A stretch of 64,000 nt of DNA, from the NCBI RefSeq assembly GCF_000143415.4, contig NW_003314274.1, positions 1,440,851 through 1,504,850 of the forward strand, read 5' to 3'. This stretch comes from Selaginella moellendorffii (lineage: Eukaryota; Plantae; Lycopodiophyta). Both the position numbers and the translations under genes were made by a program. Positions 34,801 through 45,079 of the stretch are shown here, in pieces (position 1 is the first letter of the stretch; the number at the start of each line of letters is the position of its first letter). The notes below the pieces were generated by a model. It was given only the letters and a program-made list of their open reading frames with translations, had not been told where the DNA came from and ran no database searches.

Positions 34801-35685
34801 TGTCGTAGGCTAAAGGATCCCCGAAAGCATGACCGAGTCGAAGATCAAGTCCAAGACCGACTGAGAGACCGAGTTCGAGACAGAGTCCGAGATCCAAATC
34901 GGGTCCAAGACCGAGTCCGAGACTAAATCCAAATACTAATACAGCTCAAGGGGTGAAAGCCCAAAGCGTGCGTCTCTCGGGGGGGGGGGGCTGCAGAGGG
35001 TTCTAAAAGTATAGTAGGGATAGTGAGGTCCAGGAACCAGTCTTGAAGGAACTCTCCAATGGTGCTTCCAAATTAACTTGAGGTTGAGACTGGGGCCGAG
35101 GGGCCTTGGGTGGGAGTGAGCATGGGCTTGGGTGGTGCTGGAGGGGCCACCCAGGGAAGTGCTCAAGAGCAGCTCCCACTCCCGAAAGGGAAACCGACTG
35201 TGGTGCTCCTGGCTCATGTGGAGTGGTGCCCCACTTGAGTACCTTGTGGCTCATTGGTCCTCGCCCTTCCTAGGGGCTTGGGCCTTCCCTTCGGGATGGA
35301 GGTGGGGGGGTAGAGGTACCCATACCGGGCCGTTAGGCCACGGTGTTTCGCCCATTGATGACTTCCCATGGACTCATCCCGATACTCGAATGTGGTGAGT
35401 TATAACACATTTCCGCAAGTCCCAAATGACTTACCCAATCGGTCTGGTCTCCCGAGACATAGTATCGCAAATAATCCTTCAGCTGCCTATTCACCCTTTC
35501 CGTTTGTCCGTCTGTCAAGAAGTGTTAGTGCCAACAAACTTGATTTAATACCCCATACCTGTCTGTGGGTGATAGGCTGTGCTGACTTTCAACTTGGTGC
35601 GATACTGTTCCAAGAGAGTCCTCCAGAACCTACTGATGAAGATCTTATCTCGATCTGAGATGATCTCTTCCGGTCTTCCCCGCAC

Positions 35686-36760
35686 TCAAACCACCGCCTC
35701 AGCACCCTCGACCAGCTCAATCTTATGTTCTATTGGTCGTGCGGGGGGCAACCCTGCCGGTAACTCCTCCGGCATGGTATCCTGGAATTGGTCCAACACC
35801 CGTTGGATCACTAAAGGTACTTCTTCCGTTCCTGTCTTTTTGTCACTCTTCACTGAGAGTAAGCACAAAAATGCTGCCTTAGTTCCTTTAGTGAGTTGTC
35901 CTCTCGTGGACACCAGGTTTAAGTAGGATTCTTTGGCCTTGCTTTGCCCTACCTTTAGATCCTGGGCCTCCACCCTAGATCTTCTTCCTTGGGCATTCGC
36001 TAGTACCACAAGGTTTCTACCTTGTCCATGCAGGGCTACCACAAACTGATTGAACCAGTCCATTCCGAAGATCACGTCAAATCCTGCCATGTCCAACACG
36101 GTGAAATCCATGTCCACTTTCCATGTCCCTACTTCGACTCTCGCTTGTCGAAGTACCTCATCGGTGCTTTGGCTACCTTGAACAAACTCTATAGTCCTTG
36201 GTTCGCCTATCCGCTGCACCGTTAGTCCGGCTTGCCGGACTATGTCTGCAGCCACAAAATTATCCGAAGCACCCATGTCAATAAGGATCTTAACAAAGCT
36301 ACCTTCGAGCTTTCCTCGGAGGGCTAGTAGATGTCGCGAACGACTCTCTACCAAAGTTGCTCGTGTAATGAGTAACTTTGAGTTAGGGGCTGGATCACAT
36401 ACCTCAGTTGTAGCATACGTTGTTTCCCACGCTGCTATACGACTTGACCTTCTTATTCATGTGTTTGTCTCTTTTCGCTTGACTCCCCCACGTACTCGCT
36501 CGCTGGCCACCGGATTTGCCTTTTCGAAACCCCGAGGACTCATTCTTAGAGAAACTCTTCTTGAATTTCCCTCTGCTAAACGTTCCCCTTGGTTTGGCCC
36601 CTTTGCTAAACGTGGATCCTGACCCTGTCGTGTTCCCCTTTTGCAGGTTATCGTTGAAATGCACCTTGATGGCCGCATCCAACGCTTCCTTGTAGTTGGT
36701 CGGGTTCCACCGCATCACTTGACCACGAGCCCAAGTTTGCAAACCTGATATAAAGGCATG
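35686..36760 (-). pseudogene. Gag C-terminus + aspartic protease block of the rearranged element
   Basis: AFISGLQTWAR...; ILIDMGASDNF (altered D-T/S-G active site); FDVIFGMDW; ELPAGLPPARPIEHKIEL. Confidence 0.8.
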
Positions 36761-36763
36761 GAA

Positions 36764-38557
36764 CGCATCCACCTCCGTTGTGGTGGGTATGAAATGTGCC
36801 ATTTTCGAAAATCAGTCCACCACCACGAATATCGCATCAAACCCCTCGCCTGGGGGAAGTCCCGTGATGAAGTCCATCGTAAGACACTTCCACGGACGAT
36901 CTGGAATTGGGATGCTTTGCAACAAGCCCCCACTAGCCTTAGTCACGGCTTTAACCTGCTGACATGTTGGACATGTCTTTACATAGTCTTGGACGTCCTT
37001 AGCCATATCTGGCCAATGGTACTTCCTCTTGAGTAAGCCCATCGTCTTGGGCACTCCGCCGTGTCCCGCAAGAGGTCCGTCATGACACTCTTCTAAGGCT
37101 ACCTTCCTTAGTTCCCTTTCTGGAACATACACCCTCGTTTGCTTGTAATAGATGAGTCCGTGGCGTTCCGCATAGCCCGTTTTCTCTTCCTTTGGCAGCT
37201 CACCTCTCTGGTGAGCTTCCCGTGCCTCTAGATTCCTCAGGAACACTTCTTGTGCTAGACCATCCTTCTCATATGCTGTCTGCACATCGTCCCAGAAAGT
37301 TGCTGTTGCGCTGGATATCGCCAACCTCAAGCTTGCTTTTCGACTTAGCGCATCCACCACGATGTTGCTCTTCCCAGGCTTGTACAGAATCTCGCAATCA
37401 AACTCGGCCAAGGCATTGGCCCACTGACCTTATTTCCCTCTCAGGTCGGGCTGTGACAAGAAGTGTTTCGTTGCCACATTGTTCGTATAAACCTTGAATG
37501 TCTCCCAAGGTAGTGTCGCCACTCCTTGAGCGCCTTGACCACCGCAAACAATTCTTTCTCGTGGGCAGGCCACTTCCTTTGAGCCTTGTCCAACTTCTTC
37601 AAGAAGAACGCTACTGGATGGTTGTCTTGCTTCAAAACTGCGCCTAATGCAAAGTCCGAAGCATCCGTTTCTACCTCAAAGTTCTTACCAAAGTCTGGTA
37701 ATGCCAATACGGGAGCCTTCCTCAACTTCCCTTTGAGGTGGACAAATGCCGCCTCGCATTCCGTTGTCCATACCATCTTCCCTTTTCTTGTTTGGTCTAT
37801 TAAGGGTAGGGCTACTCTCGAATAGTGTCTGATAAACTTTCGATAGTAGTTGCATAGCCCCAAAGACGCCCTCAACTCATGTACATTCGATGGTCGCTCC
37901 CATTCCTGGATCGCTTGGACCTTCTCCAGGTCCACCTTGAGCCCGTCCTGGCCCACCACATGCCCGAGAAACTTTACCTCTTGTTGAGCAAAGTCACATT
38001 TGCTCTCTTTAGCATACAGTTTGTGTTCCCTTAGTTTCTCAAACACCTTCGCCAAGTGTTCGGCATGCTCCTCTAGCGTCTCGCTATAGATCAGGATGTC
38101 GTTGATATAGACGACCACGAAGTGATCCAGATAGGGTACAAAGATGTGGTTCATCAGCGCTGAAAATGTTGCTGGTGCATTGCATAGCCCGAAGGGCATC
38201 ACTAGAAACTCAAAGCCCCCATACCTCGTTCGACAGGTTGTCTTTTCGACATCCTTTTCGGCTACCTTGATCTGGTAGTATCCTAACCTTAGGTCAATCC
38301 TCGAGAAGTATTTTGCCTTTCCTAACCTATCAAACAGGTCCTCAATCCTAGGCAAAGGGTATTTGTTCTTCTTTGTATACTTGTTGAGCAACCGGTAGTC
38401 TATGCACATGCGCATAGATCCATCTTTCTTTTTCACAAATAACACTAGCACCCCATACAGCAATTTGCTCAACCTAACATACCCTTTGTCCACCAACTCC
38501 TCTAGTTGGCGCTTGAGCTCTTCGAGTTCTTTCTCGTTCAAACGATAGGGGGGGCAT
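36764..38557 (-). pseudogene. RT-RNaseH-integrase(N-terminal) block of the rearranged element
   Basis: [32 protein letters not shown] (YxDD damaged), [20 protein letters not shown]...CPTCQQ, MDFITGLP. Confidence 0.85.
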
Positions 38558-40298
38558 TAGCGAACCCAGGCGGAGACAGAACCTCCACCAGAGCTGGAGC
38601 CTCCGGTCGAACAAGAGGCTATGGATGAGGAATCCTTGCATGAGGAGGACTCCAGTGAGGAAACTTCCAAACAAGAGTCTGGTGGCGAGGTTCGGTCGTC
38701 CAAGGCTCGATTGGACATTTTAGAAGGACAATTGGCATAGACGCCTGGGTTTTTGTTCTTCTTTGTATACTCTATGTACTTATGCAAAGTTCAATTAAAA
38801 ATATCAATTGAACCACTGGAGAGCTCCTTCAAGACTGGTTCCTGGACCTCACTATCCCTACTATACTTTTGGAACCCCCTGCAGCCCCCCCCCTGGGAGA
38901 CGCACGCTTTGGGCTTTCACCCCTTGAGCTGTATTAGTATTTGGACTTAGTCTCAGAATCGATCTCGGACTCGATCTTGGACTCGACTTCAGACTCGGTC
39001 TCGGACTCGATTTCGGACTCGATCTCGGACCCGATCTCGGACTTGACTTCGGACTCGACCTCGGACTCAGTCTCGGACTTGATTTGGATCTCGGACTTTG
39101 TCTCGAACTCGGTCTCTGGAGCGGTCTTGGGTCCGACTCTGTTGATTGGCTTAGGGGAATCACACCACATGTTGATTGACATCTAGCTGGTTCAATTTGC
39201 TCCCGCTGGGCTCGACCTGAGGGGTAGGGTGTCAAGAGAGCGAGGCTCTCAGGAGAGCTGCGGCTCTTAGCTTCTGTTCACGAGGGTGTGAACTTGCAAG
39301 GAAGTGTGGTGGATTATAAGCAACCAAAGGGAACAACTCGAGAAACGATCCATGGGGTTCAAATATAGAGGGGAAGGGCCCATGAACAAAAGTGCACCCC
39401 CTTTTCTAATCGGTTAAGGGTCTTGGGATATTTGGGGTTAAACGTCCTTAGGTTTGAATAGTACTGGGCTGCCGGGAAGTCCAAATTCTCAGGAGCTTAC
39501 AATGAGACTGTAAAAAGGCATCCCATCAAACAATCACCGTGCCTCCTCCAGATCCCCAACCTTTGCAATTGCTGCAATAGCAACATTCCAGCTGACAAGA
39601 TTCTTCACTAGGTTTTTCTCAAACACCCACCTAGCCTTGAATAACCATGAATAATAATGCTAATGCTTGTTTTTAGCCAATGGGAGGTGGCCAATTGCTT
39701 GGAGCAAAAGAAGAAAGCACTATGACACATGTCACATGCAAAGTCTTAATCAACATTGACATTCAACCTTTTGTAGTGGAGATTTGCTATATTATTTACT
39801 TATAGCTACTTTTTCAATTCTTCTTTCAAAGTAGAAGATACTATTTCAATTTAATTTTCAATGTAATAGTGTGAGGCACAAAATCCCTAGGCCCCAAAGT
39901 GGAGCCGGATGTCAGGAATCCCCCAATTCTTGCCACATTCTTGACTCTCGCCGGATTCCTGACCTGCAAACCACATTCCTGACTCTCGAGACACTTCCTT
40001 ATTCCTGACTCTCAAGACACTTCCCTATTCCTAACTCTCGAGACACTTCCCGATTCCTAAGTCTCGAGCCACATTCCTGATGATGATGTGGCGCCTCCTC
40101 GACCTCAGCTATATTTAGGCCATCCTCGATCCAAGAGTGGTGGAGCTTCATCAACCTATAGTATATATAGGTTAGCCTTGTTCCATTTTTCCACAATCTG
40201 AATCAACGCTAGTCTAAGGCCTCTTCTTTGTTTCCACTAGCTTTTCTCTTTGTCTTTTTGCATTTTCCAGTCTTGATCTTGTCAGGGGTCTTGACAGT

Positions 40299-40313
40299 TT
40301 GATTCAGATTGTG
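40299..40313 (+). promoter_or_regulatory. Self-priming primer-binding site
   Basis: TTGATTCAGATTGTG, 2 nt after the 5' LTR, is the exact reverse complement of CACAATCTGAATCAA (40192-40206), which lies ~30 nt downstream of TATATATA (40162). There is no TGG-type tRNA PBS. Confidence 0.8.
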
Positions 40314-40397
40314 TTTTTTCATTTTTTGATTTAGCTCGTTATGATTGTTTGATTACCTTTGCCTTTTTTTTCCCCCTTTTTTTCTTTCTTCTTGCCA

Positions 40398-41348
40398 ATG
40401 GAGTCTCCAAGCCATCCTGATTTCTTTGCTGAAGTCCTTGCAAAAATCCAGTTTGAGAATACCGAGCTGAAGGCGACCCTTCTTCGCATGCAGTAGGAGC
40501 TTGCTTCACTTTCGGCTCAAGGATCCAGCAAAGTTCCTGAACCGAAGGTGAGTTTCCCGGTGAAATTTTTAGGCAAGCGTTCAGAGCTTCGCGGATTCCT
40601 GAACCAGATGGAGTTGATCTTCGCACTTCAACATTGGCAGTACCCTACTCTCGAGTCTCAAATCGGCGCGATTGGGACGTTGCTCGAAGGTGCAGCTTTG
40701 TCATGGTTTTCTCCTCTTTTGGAGAAGAGCATGAAAGGGGTTGTGGTTCCAGAACTGATGGATCTTCAATTGTTCAAAGAGAAGCTCGAAGCATATTTTG
40801 GCGAGACGGATCGGGTTTGGGCTGCTACCACAAAGATGAGACGTCTCTCTCAAGGGTCTCGTCCTGCCTCGATCTACGCTGCAGAGTTCCAACTCCTGGC
40901 TTTGGACACTCAGTGGGATGAGCAGGCACTGATTGACCAATTTCGTTTCGGCCTCAACAACGGTGTCAAGGATTTGTTGCTCACCATGGAGGATCCCAAG
41001 GACCTGTCGGATGCCATCAACAAAGTTGTTCGATGTGACAATCGTCTCTTTGAACATCGTCAGGAAAGTCGCCGCGCCGCTGTTTTTCCGTCCCAGTCTT
41101 CGGGGCATACTGCTGAACCTACTGCTCCGGTTCCGATGGATATTTCTGGTACTCCCCGACTCATTAGAGGGAAGTTGAGTCCTGCTGAGAAGCAACGTTG
41201 AATATCTTATAATCTTTGCCTCTATTGTGCTGATCCTAATCACAAAGCAACTGTATGTCCCAAGAAGCCTCCTCGACTGCTCGAGTTCACTCTGCCTCAA
41301 AGTCTACCTCTATTGCAGTCGGGAAACGACCCTGTCCAAACAGAGTAG
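40398..41348 (+). pseudogene. gag: Chromovirus gag (retrotransposon capsid + CCHC zinc knuckle)
   Basis: ATG at 40398, in frame with ORF 40548-41201 (FLNQMELIF...LLEGAALSWF...FRFGLNNGVKD), then [14 protein letters not shown]. Two in-frame stops (TAG ~40494, TGA 41199). Confidence 0.85.
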
Positions 41349-41365
41349 GAGCTGTCTGTTTGGAC
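41321..41365 (+). promoter_or_regulatory. -1 ribosomal frameshift signal
   Basis: Slippery G GGA AAC in the gag frame, then a 6-nt spacer and the stem GTCCAAACAGA...TCTGTTTGGAC. The -1 frame gives [10 protein letters not shown], which is the pol ORF. Confidence 0.8.
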
Positions 41366-44300
41366 TCCCCGAATAAAAATCACTCTTCTTCTTTATCAAG
41401 CTCCTCACCACCTTTCATCAAAGCCACCACCAATTCCCGCAACTTCCGCGTCCCATGTCTCCTTTCTTTCACCAGACAATCAGGACTCAAGGCTCTGGCG
41501 TTACTGGACTCGGGTGCAACTTCCTGCTTCATGGATACGGACTTTGCTGCCCGACATCACGTTCCTCTTTCTCCTACCATATGGGATTTGAGGGTTGAAG
41601 GCATCGGCGGGCATTCTGTGTCTCCATCTTCTGGACTTAGGGAAACGTTGCCCGTTCGAGTACACATCGGGTCCACCGTCACCGATACCGCCTTCAACAT
41701 CATCAACAGCAAGTCCTCCTCTGTGGTGCTCGGTCTTCCTTGGTTCCAACTACATCAGCCTCAAATCTGTTGGAAGGAATTACAGCTCATCTCTCCCATG
41801 GCTTCCCCTACTGTTCATCGAGTCCGAATCAGGAAAAGTTCCCTAAACTCAAATTGGGGTTCTATTCCTGACTCTATAAAGTTTTCACCCTCTTCTTTTT
41901 CCTCTCTTCCATCTTACACTGGACCGTATCCTCGTCTCATCATTCCATTTAGTCGTACGCCTCCTCCTATCTCCACAATCACTATGAAAGAACTCCTTCA
42001 TGAAGAACCTCTTTTTCTTTTTGCTTTGCATGTTTTTCCTGTCAGTCTTTCTGAGAAGTATCATGATTTTGGGGATGTGTTTGACAAGAAAAAAGCTAGT
42101 GTACTACCTGTTCATCAGCCTTATGATTGTCCCATTGATTTACAGAAAGGAGCGTCACCTCCGTGGGGGCCTATTTACGGGTTATCCCCGTCCGAGCTTA
42201 AGGCCCTCAAAGAGTACGTGGATGAGAACCTTGCCTCGGGCTACATTCAGCATTCGCAGTCCCCGGCTGGAGTGCCTGTCTTCTTTGTCAAGAAGAAGGA
42301 TGGGAGCTTGCGGCTAGTCATCGACTACCGAGGTTTGAACAAGGTGACTGTTCGGAACCGTTATCCGCTGCCCCTGATCTCGGACCTGTTGGAACGTCTC
42401 GGCGGTGCCCGCTTCTTCACCAAGATCGACCTCCGTGGAGCATACAACCTGATCCGGATCCGGCCTGGTGATGAATGGAAGACTGCGTTCCGAACCCGCT
42501 ATGGCCACTTCGAGTACACTGTCATGCCATTTGGCTTGACAAATGCTCCAGCAGTTTTCCAACACATGGCGAATGACGTCTTTCGGGAGTTTCTTGATCA
42601 GATGGTGATCGTCTACCTCGATGACATCCTCATCTACTCAAAAACTCAGGAGGAGCATGACGAACATGTACGCAAGGTGCTAGCGAAGCTGCGAGAACAC
42701 GGCCTATACGCGAAGCTTGAGAAATGTTCCTTTGATTAGCAGTCTGTGGAGTTCCTTGGGTACATTGTCACTCCTGAGGGTATCACGATGGATCCTGCCA
42801 AAGTCAAGACTATTCTCGAATGGGAGCCTCCACAATCAATGTCGGATGTTCAGGTTTTCCTTGGCTTCGCCAACTTCTACCGCAAATTCATTGATCACTA
42901 CTCTGACATTGTCCTTCCTCTCACACATCTCACTCGCAAGGATGTTCCCTTCTCTTGGTCTGCTGCTGCCCAGCAGGCCTTCGACACACTCAAGGCGGCC
43001 TTCAGTTCTGCTCCTGTCTTGATCCATGCTGATTCCTCACAACCTTTCTTCATCGAGGCTGACGCCTCCGACTTTGCCATTGGTGCTGTGCTGTCTCAAC
43101 TCGGAGCGGATCACGAACTTCATCCGGTCGCTTTCCATTCTCGGAAATTCCAGCCTGCGGAGATCAATTACGAAATCCACAACAAGGAGCTCCTTGCCAT
43201 CGTGAATTCCTTTGGAGAGTGGTGCCGTTTCTTGGAGGGGGCGAGCCATCAAACAACAGTCTGGACCGATCACAAAAATCTCAAGTACTTTGCCACTTCC
43301 CGAGTTTTAAGCCGTCGTCAAGCAAGGTGGGCACAATTCCTAAGTTGGTTTGACTTTGTTATCAAGTACAGACCTGGAAAGTTTCAAGGCCTTTCTGATG
43401 CTCTTTCAAGGCGCTCCTATCTCAGTCTCAGGCTTGGTAATCCTGCCTTCGATCAACAGGATCAAGTTATCCTCGGTCCTGATCAGCTTCAAGTTATGGC
43501 AATTTCCCTGGCTCCTTAGGACTCCTCCTTGATGGATGCAATCAGAAACGATCTTCAATCCGATGATTTCGCTAGCGACATTTTCCCCCATCTTCAGGCT
43601 GGACACCCAGTGACTCCCGACTGCCGGCAATTTGACGAGTTTGAGTTCTTAGATGGTTTATTGTACCGTGGGGAGCAGCTTTACGTTCCTGAAGGTGATG
43701 CTCGAAGGTTGGTCCTGATGGCGTGCCACGATAGCCCGACTGCTGGTCACTTCGGCATTGCGAAAACCTATGAGCTAGTTGCACGGGACTTTTGGTGGCC
43801 TCACATGGACGACTACATCAAAGCTTTTGTTACCTCCTGTGACACTTGTGCCCAGAATAAGGTACCTCGCCACCTTCCTTCAGGTTTGCTTCGTTCCCTT
43901 CCGGTCCCTTCAGGTCCTTGGGAATCCATCTCCATGGATTTCTTGAGTGATCTTCCGAGTTCTGGAGGCTTCAACAGCACTTTAGTCATGGTGGATCGCT
44001 TCACAAAGATGGCGCACTTCTTGCCATGTACCAAGGAGTTTTCGGGCGATGACATGGCAAAACTGGTATTCAGGGAAATTTTCCGACTTCATGGGATTCC
44101 TACAGATGTGTTTTCGGATCGGGGGCCTCAGTTCATCTCTTATTTCTGGCAACGGTTTTTGCAGCTGCTTGGAGTGAAGGCCAACCTCTCTTCGGCATAT
44201 CATCCTCAAACTGATGGGCAGTCCGAGCGAACGATTCAGACGTTGGAACAATTCTTGAGGTGCTTCATCAACTATCATCAGGATAACTGGTTCGATATCC

Positions 44301-45079
44301 TTCCTCTTGCTGAGTTCTCCTATAACAACTCTGTTCACTCCTCTCTTCGAGTTTCCCCCTTCTTTACAAACTCTGGCCGAAATCCCTGATTCAATCTCTC
44401 ACTTCCTTCTCCATCTGAATCCTCTCGTTCAAATCCCCGCTCTGAGGCATTTATCTCCAACCTCCAGGAAATCCACAACTCCATCTCCTTCCACCTCCAT
44501 CGTGCTCAGGAATCTCATAAAACATTTGCCAATGTCCATCGTCAGGATTGTCCCCCTTACAATATCGGGGATAAAGTCTGGTTCCTCAGGCGAAATATCT
44601 CCACCACCAGGCCCTGTCCAAAACTCGATTTCAAATGCCTTGGTCCTTTCCCTATCACTGCCATCATTAATCCTGTCACTTATCGCCTTGCACTTCCCTC
44701 CTCATATCAAATTCACCCCGTTTTTCACTCCTCTCTCCTTGAGCCTTATATTCCCAGTCCTATTCCAAATCGGGTCATTCCTCCGCCTCCACCAGTGCAG
44801 CTCGAGGATGGGTCTGAATAGGAGGTTCAGGACATCCTTGATTCCAAGATTTCACGGTCTAAACTCTACTATCTAGTGGACTGGAAGGGTTACGGACCTG
44901 AGGAACGCACTTGGGAACCTGCGGACAACCTGATTCATTCTCCTGACCTTGTTCAGGACTTCCACCGCCGCTATCCTTCTCATCCCAGTCCTCATTCTTT
45001 TTCTCCATCTCCCATCCCTCGCCGCTCATCTCATCCTCCTCTTCGTTCTCGTTCACATCCTCGTTCCACTCGTTCTTGA
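41321..45079 (+). pseudogene. pol: Chromovirus pol (PR-RT-RNaseH-INT-chromodomain) in the -1 frame
   Basis: [10 protein letters not shown]; YLDDILIY; EADASDFAIG; HDSPTAGHFG...CDTC; SDRGPQF; [17 protein letters not shown] (chromodomain). Stops at 42737, 43517, 44387 and ~44819. Confidence 0.9.

Larger units (their letters stand above)
34329..39501 (+). mobile_element. Rearranged Ty3/Gypsy LTR element with inverted, permuted gag-pol interior
   Basis: LTRs at 34329-34524 and 39315-39501; TSD ATGAG. PBS TGGTATCGGAGC at 34527 and PPT before 39315 are on +, but the pol fragments are on -. Confidence 0.88.
33000..39650 (-). pseudogene. PPR pseudogene (33000-34328 + 39502-39650) split by an LTR element
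   Basis: Broken PPR ORFs 33001-33267, 33309-33521 and 33748-34158. The continuation after 39501 matches the paralog at 54700-54880. Confidence 0.8.
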
